DNA of 45,020 nucleotides, taken from the NCBI RefSeq assembly GCF_049969415.1, contig NZ_JBMFOX010000008.1, positions 1 through 45,020 on the forward strand, in the 5' to 3' direction. Positions 18,912 through 29,349 of the stretch are shown here, one piece after another (within the stretch, counting starts at the first letter, position 1; each line of letters starts with the position of its first letter). A program made the position numbers and the translations under genes. This stretch comes from Candidatus Hadarchaeum sp. Its GTDB lineage: Archaea; Hadarchaeota; Hadarchaeia; Hadarchaeales; Hadarchaeaceae. The notes beneath the pieces are model-generated. The model was given only the letters and a program-made list of their open reading frames with translations, was not told where the DNA came from and ran no database searches.

Positions 18912-19901
18912 TTAACCGCTCAAATCAGAAATCTCCTTCGCTATCAACTTCAGCGATTTCAACGGTTCCGGCCCGATTGGGGAGCCGATTACGATAGTGG
19001 TTACTCCAATTCTCGCCAGCTCCTCCACCCGGTCGGCCAGCACCTCGACGCCACCGCAAACCGAGAACTCGTCCAGCATCTCATCTGTGACTGCCTCCCT
19101 CGCCCTAGCCAAATCCCCCCGGCGCAGGTATCTTCTTACCACCTCCACATCCTCGGCCGAAATTGCCCGGTGGGCCAGCGACTTCTCCGGAGCTGATGAA
19201 GCAACGAAGGCAACGACCCCCCGCGCGGCATCGCGGGCCCTTTTCCCATCGCTGTCTATTGAAACCGCCAAATAGGCCACAAAGTCAAACGCTGCGTGAG
19301 CACGTCCGCCCTGAATCATGCCCTCTTTGATGCTCTTGACCGAGTCCTCGATGTCAACCGGATGAGAGGCGTTAATGAGGGCACCGTCGGCCACCTCACC
19401 TGCCAGCCTGAGCATCCTCTGCCTCCTGCCTCCAATGTAGATCGGGATGTGGTTTCCCGGTTTAAACCTGAGCCTGGCCCCCCGGCAGGTGAAGCACTCC
19501 CCCTCAAAATCCACTTTTTCCCCAGCGAGCAAGCCTCGGATAATGTGAATCGCCTCACGAACGCTGGTGACCGGCTTGGTCTGTTCCACCCCCACCGTCT
19601 CTAAAAAAAATGGATCGCCGGATGACATTCCTAGCAGCGCCCGCCCCTTGGAGATTTCATTGAGGGTGGCCACCGCGGCCGCCGTCACCGCCGGATGGGT
19701 GAGATAAGGATTGGTCACCCCGGGTCCCAGCTGAACCCGGTGAGTATTCAAGGCAAGCTGGGCCAGCACCGAATGAACGTAGCGGTTGTGATAGTGATCG
19801 CAGACCCAGATCTGCTGAAAACCCAGCTGCTCCACCTCCTTGGCCAGCGCAACCATCGTGTCCAGCCGCAGGTAGGGAACAAATTCTACGCCAAACCTCA
19901 A
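18912..19901 (-). CDS. mer: F420-dependent methylene-H4MPT reductase (Mer) family
   Basis: MRFGVEFVP, WVCDHYHNR, LGPGVTNPY, GDP, LINASHP, GSPIGP. Confidence 0.8.
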   Translation of the reverse strand: MRFGVEFVPYLRLDTMVALAKEVEQLGFQQIWVCDHYHNRYVHSVLAQLALNTHRVQLGPGVTNPYLTHPAVTAAAVATLNEISKGRALLGMSSGDPFFLETVGVEQTKPVTSVREAIHIIRGLLAGEKVDFEGECFTCRGARLRFKPGNHIPIYIGGRRQRMLRLAGEVADGALINASHPVDIEDSVKSIKEGMIQGGRAHAAFDFVAYLAVSIDSDGKRARDAARGVVAFVASSAPEKSLAHRAISAEDVEVVRRYLRRGDLARAREAVTDEMLDEFSVCGGVEVLADRVEELARIGVTTIVIGSPIGPEPLKSLKLIAKEISDLSG

Positions 19902-19954
19902 GGGAACACCATCTGATTTAAGCCGTCCGGATTAATAATCCCCTTCGGTGCCCT

Positions 19955-20695
19955 ATGCAGCTCATCCCGATAAAAGGCATCCCGATGGTCAGACGTGGTG
20001 ACGACATTGGTGAGCTGATCATAGAGGCAGCGGAAAAACAACATCTGAAAATAGAGGACGGTGATGTCCTGGCCGTGGCCCAGACGGTGATCTCCAAGGC
20101 CGAGGGAGAAGTCGTCGACCTTCGCGCGGTCAGGCCCAGCCAGCGCGCCATCGAAATCGGCAGAAAGATTGACAAGGACCCGCGCGTGGTTGAGGTCATC
20201 CTTCAGGAATCTGCCGAGATCGTCAGATTGGCGCATGTAATCATTTCCCGGACCAAACATGGCTTTGTCTGCGCCAACGCCGGCGTGGACCAATCCAACG
20301 TTGACCACGAGCACGTGACGCTTCTCCCCCGCGACCCCGACGCCAGCGCCGCCAAGATTCGAGATACCATCAGGAAAAAATTGGGGGCAGATGTTGCAGT
20401 GGTTGTGACCGACACGCAGGGGCGGCCCTTCCGTTGTGGCTGCATCGGAACTGCCATCGGAGTTTCGGGCATGAAACCTCTGCTGGACATGCGCGGCAGG
20501 CGGGACCTCTACGGGAAGGAGCTGAAGGTAACCGTGACCTGTCCTGCCGACTCGCTGGCTGCCGCGGCCGTAATGCTGATGGGTGAATCTAATGAGGGCA
20601 TCCCGGCCGTGCTGATCAAAGGGGCCAGCTACGAGCGGGGAAACGGCGCAATCCGCGAACTTATCAGGGCCCCGGAACTCGACCTCTTCAGGTGA
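19955..20695 (+). CDS. cofE: Coenzyme F420-0:gamma-glutamyl ligase
   Basis: PMVRRGDD, ISKAEG, CANAGVDQSN, LLPRDPDASA, DTQGRPFR, DLYG, MGESNEGIP. Confidence 0.93.
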   Translation: MQLIPIKGIPMVRRGDDIGELIIEAAEKQHLKIEDGDVLAVAQTVISKAEGEVVDLRAVRPSQRAIEIGRKIDKDPRVVEVILQESAEIVRLAHVIISRTKHGFVCANAGVDQSNVDHEHVTLLPRDPDASAAKIRDTIRKKLGADVAVVVTDTQGRPFRCGCIGTAIGVSGMKPLLDMRGRRDLYGKELKVTVTCPADSLAAAAVMLMGESNEGIPAVLIKGASYERGNGAIRELIRAPELDLFR

Positions 20696-20699
20696 TGAC

Positions 20700-21647
20700 T
20701 TGCTGACGGTACTGTCCGGAGGCACCGGAACACCCAAACTGCTTCAGGGGCTCGTCCATCTGGTGAAGCAGGAGGAGCTGTCCATCATCGTCAACACCGG
20801 GGAGGACCTGGAGATTTCCGGCCTCTACGTCTCACCGGACATCGACACCGTCATGTACACCTTGGCCGGCATAGTCAACGAGGAAACCTGGTACGGCATA
20901 AGGGGAGACACGTTTGAGGAACACGAAAGGCTCAGGCGCGAGGGCCGGCCCGAGCTGCTCCGCATCGGCGACCGGGATCGCGAGGTTAAAAAAAGACGCA
21001 CCCTGCTCCTACAAAGAGGTCACCCCCTTTCCGCCGTTACCCGAGAACTCTGCAAAAATTTTCATGTCCTTGCCAACGTGCTGCCCATGTCCGATGACAG
21101 GGTTACCACGCACATTGACACCGAAGCGGGCGTGTTGACCTTTCACGAATTCTGGGTCGCTAGGCGAGCCCGGGACAGGGTGAGATCCGTAACCTTTGAC
21201 GGCGCTGAGTCTGCCCGGGCCGCTCCCGGGGTCCTAGAGGCGATAGAAAACAGCGAGGCCGTCATCATCGGTCCCAGCAACCCTGTGACCAGCATTGGTC
21301 CTATCGTGGCAATTAAGGAGATAAGATCTGCCTTGGAAAAGGCACGAAAAAAAATCATCGCCGTCTCACCAATCGTGGGCAGTTCACCCGTAAGCGGCCC
21401 GGCGGGGGTCCTGATGAGTGGGATGGGTTACGAGGTTAGCCCGTTGGGTGTGGCGCGGTATTATCGCGATTTCACGGGCAAGCTGGTGATTGACAAAAGG
21501 GATGAAGGGCTGGCGCCGAAAATTGAGGAGCTTGGGCTAAAGACTTTTTCCACCGATCTAATGATGCCCGATCTGCCCTCGCGGATTAAGCTCGCGAGAT
21601 CTGTCCTAGCCTTTGCCGGATTGAAAATCGAAGACGGCTCCTGCTGA
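20700..21647 (+). CDS. cofD: 2-phospho-L-lactate transferase
   Basis: LSGGTGTPKL, VNTGED, SPDIDTVMY, IGDRD, PMSDD, IGPSNPVTSIGPI, VSGPA. Confidence 0.95.
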   Translation: MLTVLSGGTGTPKLLQGLVHLVKQEELSIIVNTGEDLEISGLYVSPDIDTVMYTLAGIVNEETWYGIRGDTFEEHERLRREGRPELLRIGDRDREVKKRRTLLLQRGHPLSAVTRELCKNFHVLANVLPMSDDRVTTHIDTEAGVLTFHEFWVARRARDRVRSVTFDGAESARAAPGVLEAIENSEAVIIGPSNPVTSIGPIVAIKEIRSALEKARKKIIAVSPIVGSSPVSGPAGVLMSGMGYEVSPLGVARYYRDFTGKLVIDKRDEGLAPKIEELGLKTFSTDLMMPDLPSRIKLARSVLAFAGLKIEDGSC

Positions 21648-21654
21648 ACTCGTG

Positions 21655-22764
21655 CTAAATTAACTCGTAAGTGGTGGTTCGCTGCCGCGGGATCCGCCCT
21701 ATCTCCAGAATTAGGTTTTCCAGCTGTTCCGCGGTCATGCTGCTCAAGTTTCCTCCTGCGGCCCGGGTTATGTGTTCTTCCATCAGCGTGCCACCCAGGT
21801 CGTTTGCACCCGCCGTGAGCATGAGCTGGGCGCCACGAGGACCAAGCTTCACCCATGAGGCCTGAATGTTGTCCACGTGGCCAGCGAGCATTAACCGAGC
21901 CACTGCATGCAGGCGCAGGCTGTGGGTCAGGTCGGGGAATGGTTGCAAATTAAATTCCCGCCCCAGCGGGGTGTTCTGGGACACGAAGCCCAACAAAACG
22001 AACTCGGTAAAGCCTTTAGTCTCCTTCTGGATTTCCCGGATGATGGAGATGTGCCGAGCCTGTTCCCAAGGCGTTTCCACATGGCCGTACATCATCGTCG
22101 CGCTCGTGGGCAGGCCCAAACGATGGCAAGTCTTTATTGTCCTCACCCACTGCTCGGTGGAGATCTTCTGAGGGCAAATGATGGAACGGACCCGGTCCAC
22201 TAAAATCTCGGCTGTCGTTCCAGGAACTGAATCCAATCCTGCTTCCTTAAACTTCCTGATCACCTCCTCCAAGCTCCTGCCCTCCTTCTCCGCGATATAG
22301 TTAATCTCCGCGGGCGAAAAAGCGTGGATGTGGACCCTAGGAGCCACCTTCCTCACAGTGCGAAGAATTTCAAGATAGTCCTCCAGGCCAAAAAAAGGGT
22401 GCAACCCGCCTTGGATGCAAACCTCAGTGGCGCCCGCTTCCAGTGCCTCAATGACCTTCATTTCAATCTGCTCCTGAGATAAAACGTAAGCCTGGGGATC
22501 TTCAAGGGAACGATGAAAGGCGCAAAACCTGCAGCTACCGATGCAGATGTTGGTGAAGTTTATGTTTCTGTTTTTCACATAGGTGACGATATCACCGACC
22601 CGGCGCCTTCTCACCTCGTCGGCCGCCTGGATCAACTCCTGCAGCCTCCTGCCCTCGGCCTGAAGTAGCAGCGCTCCCTCCTCCACACTCAGCTCATCTC
22701 CGGCCAGAGCGCGCTGCAGGATTTCCCTGAATCTAGAGCGGTTCGGCGCGATAGCCTTCCTCAT
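21655..22764 (-). CDS. cofH: FO synthase subunit CofH (radical SAM)
   Basis: TYVKNRNINFTNICIGSCRFCAF, EVCIQGG, HIHAFSP, PGTTAEIL, TMMYGHVE, NIQASWVKLG, NDLGGTLMEEHI. Confidence 0.92.
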   Translation of the reverse strand: MRKAIAPNRSRFREILQRALAGDELSVEEGALLLQAEGRRLQELIQAADEVRRRRVGDIVTYVKNRNINFTNICIGSCRFCAFHRSLEDPQAYVLSQEQIEMKVIEALEAGATEVCIQGGLHPFFGLEDYLEILRTVRKVAPRVHIHAFSPAEINYIAEKEGRSLEEVIRKFKEAGLDSVPGTTAEILVDRVRSIICPQKISTEQWVRTIKTCHRLGLPTSATMMYGHVETPWEQARHISIIREIQKETKGFTEFVLLGFVSQNTPLGREFNLQPFPDLTHSLRLHAVARLMLAGHVDNIQASWVKLGPRGAQLMLTAGANDLGGTLMEEHITRAAGGNLSSMTAEQLENLILEIGRIPRQRTTTYELI

Positions 22765-23782
22765 CGGCAAGGTCGAGGACAAGTCTCTTCACCTCACTTG
22801 ACATAAACCTGCTGGCTCTTATGAATGCTGGGTAAATGGGCAGCCTCTCCCGGGGCCTGCAACCGGCGAATTCTATGGCGGAGCGAAGCTGAGCCGGGCT
22901 GGGCCAAGGCCGGTTCACGTTGATGAAGTCCGGGGTCACGGAGGAGATGCCGCCGAAGTCAGAGGCACCCGCCGAAATCGCCTTTGAGACGGCAATCTTG
23001 AACTTCGGGTTCTCCGGACCAACCACGGAGCCATTAAGGCTCAGCAGATTCGGGGGGACCTGAACGCTGACGCCGGGAAGAATCGAGCGGGCCAGGGCCA
23101 CCGTGGTCAACAGGGTTTCCTCGTCCGGAACCGGCCACGACTGCATCACCGTTCCAGGCTTGGGGTCGAAGGGCTGGATGATCACCTCCTGAATATGGCC
23201 GTATTTTTCCTGCAGATTCCTGATCTCCAACAAAGATTGGGCGCGATCTTTCTGACTCTCGCCAATTCCTATCAGGATTCCGGTGGTGAAAGGTATGCCT
23301 AACTTACCCGCCGCTTCGATGGTTGCCAGCCTCAGCTTGGGGTCCTTGCCCGGGCTCATGGAATGGGCCGGGAGCTGCGCGGTGGTCTCCAGCATTAGCC
23401 CCATGCTGGCGTTATAGCGGCATAGGCGCTGCAGCTCTGACTGTTCCAGAACTCCGGCGTTGGTGTGGGGAAGCAGCCCAATCTCGAGTATCTGTCTACA
23501 AAGGTCCACAAGGTAATCCACGGTGGTGCGATAGCCGAACTCGTCCAGCCTTTCCCTCGCCGACGGATGAACCTCTGGAAACTCGCCTAGGGTCAGCAGG
23601 GCCTCGGAGCATCCCGCCTCCCTGCCCCGCCTGGCCAGAGACAAAACCTCCTCCGGGGACATGAACCAAGCACCGTCACCGGGGTCCCTTCTGAAACCGC
23701 AGTAGTGGCAACGATTGCGACAGAGGTTGGTCACGGGGATGAAGACGTTACGGGAGTAACTGATCTCCTTTTTAAGAACCAA
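22733..23782 (-). CDS. cofG: FO synthase subunit CofG (radical SAM)
   Basis: SYSRNVFIPVTNLCRNRCHYCGF, EALLTLGE, PHTNAG, SMGLMLE, SPGKDP, PFTTGILIGIGE, QEVIIQ, QVPPNL, ERLPIYP. Start uncertain (TTG 23782 after GAGGTGG, or ATG 23806). Confidence 0.92.
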   Translation of the reverse strand: MVLKKEISYSRNVFIPVTNLCRNRCHYCGFRRDPGDGAWFMSPEEVLSLARRGREAGCSEALLTLGEFPEVHPSARERLDEFGYRTTVDYLVDLCRQILEIGLLPHTNAGVLEQSELQRLCRYNASMGLMLETTAQLPAHSMSPGKDPKLRLATIEAAGKLGIPFTTGILIGIGESQKDRAQSLLEIRNLQEKYGHIQEVIIQPFDPKPGTVMQSWPVPDEETLLTTVALARSILPGVSVQVPPNLLSLNGSVVGPENPKFKIAVSKAISAGASDFGGISSVTPDFINVNRPWPSPAQLRSAIEFAGCRPRERLPIYPAFIRASRFMSSEVKRLVLDLADEEGYRAEPL

Positions 23783-23838
23783 GGCCCACCACCTCAAGAC
23801 AACCATAAAACAGGGGTGGCATAAATATGCTTGTTATC

Positions 23839-24495
23839 ATGAAAATCTGGACCATCATCCCGATAAAGCATCTTGGTGAGGCAAAGTCCAGCTTGGCCCG
23901 AGTGCTGGATCCGCAGACCCGCCGCCGTTTGGTTCTGGCCATGCTCGCCGATATGCTAAAGGCCATTAGCGAGGCGCCGTCCATATTTAAAACCGCTGTT
24001 GTTTCCCCCGACAACGAGGTACTTGATTTCGCCCGCGCCAACAACGCGCTGGGTGTGGAGGAACCGGGCCTCAGCCTTAACGGAGCACTTAAGCTGGCGA
24101 TATCTCGAGCTGTTGCCTTGGGCGCTAGGGCGGTGCTACTGCTTCCCGGAGATCTGCCGCTGATCCGGGGAGTTGACATCGAAAACATCACTGCTATGGC
24201 AACTTCCGAACGCGATGTGGTCATCTCCCCCTCAAAGGCAAACGGAACCAACGCCCTATTTCTCAGACCTCCGGAAGCCATGGATCTAAATTTCGGCGGA
24301 GAAAGCTTCCCCCGGCACCTAAGGGAAGCGGTGCGGGTGGGGATTAAACCGCGCATCTATCGATCGACAACGGTTTCCTTTGACGTTGACGAGCCCGAGG
24401 ATCTGCTAGAACTGAAAAGGCTGGGCCCGGGCACCAACACTTACGAGGTGCTAAAACAAAAGCTGCCCGTACTTGAAAAGAAAATAAACTCCTAA
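23839..24495 (+). CDS. cofC: 2-phospho-L-lactate guanylyltransferase
   Basis: IIPIK..AKSSL, AMLADML, LNGAL, GDLPL, GTNAL, FGGESF..H, DVDEPEDL. Start 23839 or 23827. Confidence 0.92.
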   Translation: MKIWTIIPIKHLGEAKSSLARVLDPQTRRRLVLAMLADMLKAISEAPSIFKTAVVSPDNEVLDFARANNALGVEEPGLSLNGALKLAISRAVALGARAVLLLPGDLPLIRGVDIENITAMATSERDVVISPSKANGTNALFLRPPEAMDLNFGGESFPRHLREAVRVGIKPRIYRSTTVSFDVDEPEDLLELKRLGPGTNTYEVLKQKLPVLEKKINS

Positions 24496-25086
24496 AACAA
24501 AAAGCAGCAGCGTGCAGAAAGATAGGATTGCCCTATAACCCCGGACGCCGATAACTTTCTTGCCTTTCACTACTGATAGTGAAACCAGCGAGAACCAGAT
24601 CAAGTCCGAGAGGAAGTGACCGACCAACCAGAGGACGACCCCGGCGAGCGAGGCCACCAAATAGGCCTCCATGATTGTGGCCACCCCGATCGTGGCCCAC
24701 CAGAAGATAACGGTCGGATTCAGAATGGTGCTGTAGAGGATACCGCCGAGGACCGGATGGTGTTTCGTGGCCACCATTTTACTGGGGGAGGGATTTTTTC
24801 TTAACTTGGAGATTCCGTCGAAGCCCAGCAGAACCAGCATCACCCCGCCAAAGAGCCCAAACCCGGCCTGAAAGGTGCTCGCCTGGAGAATCACGCCCAG
24901 CCCCAGCGAAATCAGCGAAAGGATGACTAGCTCAACCAGCACGTGGCCAACCACGGCCAGCGGCCCCGTGCGGGCACCATAGTCGGGCGATTTCGCCATG
25001 GTGTAGGCGAGAAGCGGCCCAGGGATCAGGGACCCGGAAAGCCCGATGATGAACCCAATCGGCAGCTGAATCAATGTTTGTATCAT
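24451..25086 (-). CDS. LysE/RhtB-family amino acid exporter
   Basis: [39 protein letters not shown]; real start ATG 25086. Confidence 0.85.
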   Translation of the reverse strand: MIQTLIQLPIGFIIGLSGSLIPGPLLAYTMAKSPDYGARTGPLAVVGHVLVELVILSLISLGLGVILQASTFQAGFGLFGGVMLVLLGFDGISKLRKNPSPSKMVATKHHPVLGGILYSTILNPTVIFWWATIGVATIMEAYLVASLAGVVLWLVGHFLSDLIWFSLVSLSVVKGKKVIGVRGYRAILSFCTLLLFVLGVYFLFKYGQLLF

Positions 25087-25156
25087 TTTGTACCTTGATG
25101 AACTTAATAGCACAAAGCTTATAAAGGGCACGGTTATAGTAGGGGTGGTCGAAAAA

Positions 25157-26515
25157 ATGAAGCAGATGAAATACCTTCTTGACGAGGAAGAAATCCCCAA
25201 GGCTTGGTACAACATCCAAGCCGATCTGCCGTCTCCTTTGGACCCGCCGCTGAACCCGGCGACCAAGGAGCCCATCGGGCCCCAGGATCTGGCCCGAATC
25301 TTCCCCATGGAACTGATCAGGCAGGAGGTGAGCCAGGAGCGCTGGATACCGATCCCTGAGGAAATCAGGGATGTCTACCGCATCTGGCGACCGACGCCCC
25401 TCTACCGGGCGCTGAGGCTGGAGAAGGCGTTGAAAACCCCGGCCAGAATTTATTACAAGTGGGAGGGGGTAAGCCCGCCCGGAAGCCACAAGCCGAATAC
25501 AGCCGTCGCCCAGGCCTACTACAACATGAAGGAGGGGGTGCAGAGGCTGGCCACCGAGACCGGTGCCGGACAGTGGGGCAGCGCGCTGGCCTTCGGCACG
25601 ATGCTCTTCGGGCTCAAATGCACGGTGTACATGGTCCGGGTGAGCTATGATCAGAAGCCCTACCGTCGCATCCTGATGGAGACCTGGGGAGCTGAGTGTG
25701 TCCCCAGCCCGAGCAACCGGACGGAGTACGGCCGCAGGGTCTTGAAGGAGGACCCGAATAACCCGGGGAGCTTGGGAATCGCGATTTCCGAGGCTATCGA
25801 AGACGCCGCGACCCACGAGGATACCAAATATGCTCTAGGCAGCGTGCTCAACCACGTGATGCTGCACCAGACGGTGATCGGCCTCGAGGCCAAAAAACAG
25901 CTGGAGCTGGCGGGTGACTATCCCGATGTCATCTTCGGCTGCGTTGGCGGGGGAAGCAATTTCTCCGGACTGGTCTTCCCGTTTATCGCCGACAAGCTCA
26001 CCGGGAAGAGGCCTGAACTGCGGGCGGTTTCCTGTGAACCCAAGGCCTGCCCCACCCTAACCAAAGGGCCCTACACCTATGACTTCGGCGACACGGCGGC
26101 GATGACCCCGCTGCTGAAGATGTACACGCTGGGCCACTGCTTCGTGCCTCCACCCATCCATGCCGGTGGCTTAAGATACCACGGAGATGCACCGCTGCTC
26201 TGCAAGCTCACCCACGAGGGATATATGGAAGCCGCGGCCTACCATCAGACCGAGGTCTTCCAAGCCGCTAAACTCTTCGCCGAAACCGAGGGATTCGTGG
26301 TCGCCCCGGAGACCTCGCATGCTATAAGGGGAGTAGTCGATGAAGCATTGAGGTGCAGGGAGACGGGGGAGGAAAAGGTGATACTTTTCAACTGCAGCGG
26401 GCACGGACACTTCGACCTAGCAGCCTACGACGCCTTCCTCCGCGGCAAGCTGGTCGACTACGAATATCCGGAGAAGCTGGTCAAGGAAGCCATAGCCAAG
26501 ATACCGAAGGTGTGA
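25157..26515 (+). CDS. trpB2: Tryptophan synthase beta chain, type 2 (TrpB2)
   Basis: [20 protein letters not shown] (PLP Lys), [49 protein letters not shown]. Confidence 0.95.
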   Translation: MKQMKYLLDEEEIPKAWYNIQADLPSPLDPPLNPATKEPIGPQDLARIFPMELIRQEVSQERWIPIPEEIRDVYRIWRPTPLYRALRLEKALKTPARIYYKWEGVSPPGSHKPNTAVAQAYYNMKEGVQRLATETGAGQWGSALAFGTMLFGLKCTVYMVRVSYDQKPYRRILMETWGAECVPSPSNRTEYGRRVLKEDPNNPGSLGIAISEAIEDAATHEDTKYALGSVLNHVMLHQTVIGLEAKKQLELAGDYPDVIFGCVGGGSNFSGLVFPFIADKLTGKRPELRAVSCEPKACPTLTKGPYTYDFGDTAAMTPLLKMYTLGHCFVPPPIHAGGLRYHGDAPLLCKLTHEGYMEAAAYHQTEVFQAAKLFAETEGFVVAPETSHAIRGVVDEALRCRETGEEKVILFNCSGHGHFDLAAYDAFLRGKLVDYEYPEKLVKEAIAKIPKV

Positions 26516-26528
26516 TGGAGGCGAGCTC

Positions 26529-26759
26529 ATGCCGGTGGCCTTTGTTTTAATCGATGCCGACATCGGCAAGGTCCGTGAGATCTTGGACCAGCTCAGGCGA
26601 ACCGAGGGAGTTGTCGAGGCCTACACGGTGGCCGGCCCCCACGACATCGTAGTAAAGCTGCAGGCGGACAAGTTCGAAAAGGTCGCCGAAGCCGTTACCA
26701 GAAAGATCCAGCTGGTGGAGGGAGTCAAAAACACCTTGACCCTGTTCGCCTTTGAGTAG
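26529..26759 (+). CDS. Stand-alone Lrp/AsnC ligand-binding (RAM) domain protein
   Basis: AFVLI..EGVVEAYTVAGPHDIVVK..IQLVEGVKNTLT; no HTH. Confidence 0.88.
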   Translation: MPVAFVLIDADIGKVREILDQLRRTEGVVEAYTVAGPHDIVVKLQADKFEKVAEAVTRKIQLVEGVKNTLTLFAFE

Positions 26760-26767
26760 GGGTAAAG

Positions 26768-27145
26768 ATGCCGGTTGCCTTCATCCTCGTGGAGACAAAG
26801 CTGGGGCGGATTGACGAGGTTCTGGATAAGCTGCTTAACGTGGACGAGGTCACCGAGGCCTACACGGTGGCCGGGCCTTACGCGATTGTGGCCAAGGTGG
26901 AAACAGACTCCTTTGAAAAGCTGGTCAAGGTGATACCGGAGAAGGTCCACACCATCGAGGGGATCGTTAAAACCCTGACGCTGGTCGCCTTTGGAACGGG
27001 TAAAGAGTTCAGGACCGAGGCCTGCGACGCCGCCATCGAGCTGGGCAAACGCGGCGATCTGGAGGGGCTCTACGCACTCTGCCGGGGCTGCCGACAGCTG
27101 AAATACTGCGCGCACGGTGCCCGGGTGATCACTTACGGGATTTAA
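26768..27145 (+). CDS. Stand-alone Lrp/AsnC RAM domain with Cys-rich C-terminal extension
   Basis: Paralog of the previous gene (21-nt identity, 26615-26635 and 26854-26874), plus a tail with C-x18-C-x2-C-x5-C. Confidence 0.82.
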   Translation: MPVAFILVETKLGRIDEVLDKLLNVDEVTEAYTVAGPYAIVAKVETDSFEKLVKVIPEKVHTIEGIVKTLTLVAFGTGKEFRTEACDAAIELGKRGDLEGLYALCRGCRQLKYCAHGARVITYGI

Positions 27146-27420
27146 AGACGAAAATTGCCCTCTCTGGAAAACACCCCCAGCTACCACCCCAACAACAATT
27201 TTCAAAGGTTATGGGGAATCAATTTCTGGCAGACAACGACTCAAATCAGCAAATGCCTCAGACCGCCCATCATCTAATCATCGACTTTCTCAGACGATGT
27301 CGTGACATCATTGGCACCTATAACTAATCTCTACTGAGATAAAAAATTTGGGTCGCTCTCGTTGCCTGTGGCCAAACAGCAAGACTTTTCAAGGCCAGAT
27401 TAAATGTTTTTGCTGATGCT

Positions 27421-28083
27421 ATGATCGCCATTTTGGGAGGAACCGGAGATCTCGGTCAGGGGCTGGCCATGCGCTGGGCAATGGCCGGTGAAAAGGTGAT
27501 AATTGGATCTAGGTCCAAAGAAAAGGCCGAGAAGATCGCCCAAGAACTGAGCGCAAAAATAGGAAAATCAATCCTAGGCGACACCAACTTGGAAGCGACG
27601 AGACGCGCCGATTTCGTCGTTTTGAGCGTCCCCTTCGAGGGCTGTGAAAAAATACTGGAAGAGGTGGTGCCAGCCCTCACGATGGAGAAGATAATGCTGA
27701 GCGCCATGGTGCCTCTCAAACCAACCGATGGATTGCTCACCTGCTACTCGCCCCCGGCCGGTTCCGCCGCCGAGACCGTCGCCAAGATGGTCGGGGACCG
27801 GGTGCGCGTCTGCTCCGCGCTACAGTCGGTCGGGGCCCAAGAACTACAGAGAATCGATCGTCCGGTAGAAGGGGACACCGTAGTCTGCGGTGATGATGCC
27901 CAAGCCCGGCGGCAGACCATGAATTACGTGGAAAAAATCGCCAACCTGCGGGCCATCGATGGCGGCCGCCTCTGCAACAGCAGGCTCGTAGAACCAGTGA
28001 CAGCGTTGCTCATCAAGCTGACCGCGAGGTACAAAGTTCCGGCAGTGGGTATAAAATTCATTGGTTTGGATAAGAGCACATAG
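27421..28083 (+). CDS. npdG: F420:NADP+ oxidoreductase
   Basis: IAILGGTGDLGQGLA, IGSRSKEKA, LSVPF, GSAAE, VCGDD, IDGG.L.NSRLVE. Confidence 0.92.
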   Translation: MIAILGGTGDLGQGLAMRWAMAGEKVIIGSRSKEKAEKIAQELSAKIGKSILGDTNLEATRRADFVVLSVPFEGCEKILEEVVPALTMEKIMLSAMVPLKPTDGLLTCYSPPAGSAAETVAKMVGDRVRVCSALQSVGAQELQRIDRPVEGDTVVCGDDAQARRQTMNYVEKIANLRAIDGGRLCNSRLVEPVTALLIKLTARYKVPAVGIKFIGLDKST

Positions 28084-28144
28084 CGCCGAAAAAGTTACTG
28101 AATTATCCGAATATTTCTCCATGAAGTTCAAACCACGGTAAAAA

Positions 28145-29338
28145 TCAGTCCCCGAGCAACGCATTCAGGATTATCTCAGGTTTGAACTCCACTAAATCAT
28201 CGTAGCCCTGTCCCGTTCCCAGGAACAAGATGGGCTTGCCGGTTACCTGGGTTATCGACAGTGCTGCACCGCCCCGGGCGTCGGCATCCATTTTGCAGAG
28301 GATGGTCCCGGTGATACCCACGGCCTGATCAAAGGTCCTCGCCTGCTCCACCGCGTCATTCCCCGTAAGGGCATCGCCGACGAAGATGACAGCGTCTGGT
28401 TTGGCCACCCTCACCACCTTCTTCATCTCATCCATCAGGTTGATATCCGTCTGCATCCTGCCGGCAGTATCCACCAGCACCACGTCCAGACCCCGGGCCT
28501 TAGCGTGGGCAATCGCGTCATAGGCCACTGCGGCGGCGTCGGCCCCGCGTCTCTGCTTCACGATGTCCACTCCCAGACGCTGGGCATGTATCTCCAGCTG
28601 CTCGATTCCCGCCGCGCGGAAGGTGTCGCCAGCGGCCAGGACCACCTTGAAGCCTCGCTTGGTCAGATATCGTGCCAGCTTGGCGATGGTCGTCGTCTTG
28701 CCGTGGCCGTTGATGCCCACAAAAACCAACACCGCCGGTTCTCCCTTTGCCCGTTTATTCTCAATTATCTTGATCAAATCAACCTCATGCTCGCTTTTCA
28801 GCACCTCTCTGATGGCCTCACCCAGGACTTCATCGGCCAGTTTTTTCAGGTCGGTTCTGAGGCCCACCTTTCTGCCCAAAAGGCCTGTCTTTACCCTTTC
28901 CACTATCTGATCGGCGACCGGCACGGCAACGTCACTTTCCAGCATGGCCACCTGAAGATCCCAGAGGATGTCCTCGATGTCCTTTTCCGTGAGCTCCCTG
29001 CCGGTGACGCGCTTGATAGCCCTGACGAGGCCACGCTTGGGTTTCTCAGGAAGAATGACCCCGACCTTGGCCTCGCCGGCCGCGCCCCTTTCCGGCTTGA
29101 TCCTTGGCCCCTTTCCTTTGACCGCTGCCTCCGGTTTTTCCTCCAGGACCGCCGGCTTTACCTGCTCGACCGCCTTGCCCTCAGGTTGAACCTCCAACTT
29201 GGTCTCTTCGACAGGCGAAGTCTCCGGACCAATCTCCAAGGTAGGCTCGGATTTTTCCCCAACAATTGGCTCAGGAGCCACCTTTTTAGTTATGCGCTCC
29301 TTGACCTGCTTCAGCTTCTGCTTGAGCTTCTCAAACAT
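28145..29338 (-). CDS. ftsY: SRP receptor GTPase FtsY
   Basis: GINGHGKTTTIAKLA, DTFRAAG, DTAGR, DALTGND, KMDADARGG, GTGQGYDDL. Confidence 0.96.
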   Translation of the reverse strand: MFEKLKQKLKQVKERITKKVAPEPIVGEKSEPTLEIGPETSPVEETKLEVQPEGKAVEQVKPAVLEEKPEAAVKGKGPRIKPERGAAGEAKVGVILPEKPKRGLVRAIKRVTGRELTEKDIEDILWDLQVAMLESDVAVPVADQIVERVKTGLLGRKVGLRTDLKKLADEVLGEAIREVLKSEHEVDLIKIIENKRAKGEPAVLVFVGINGHGKTTTIAKLARYLTKRGFKVVLAAGDTFRAAGIEQLEIHAQRLGVDIVKQRRGADAAAVAYDAIAHAKARGLDVVLVDTAGRMQTDINLMDEMKKVVRVAKPDAVIFVGDALTGNDAVEQARTFDQAVGITGTILCKMDADARGGAALSITQVTGKPILFLGTGQGYDDLVEFKPEIILNALLGD

Positions 29339-29349
29339 CGCCGCGGCCT

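Noticed and set aside
27146-27420. Possible small ORF or ncRNA in a 275-bp gap
   Set aside because: Only very short ORFs where checked; no recognisable RNA structure or motif.
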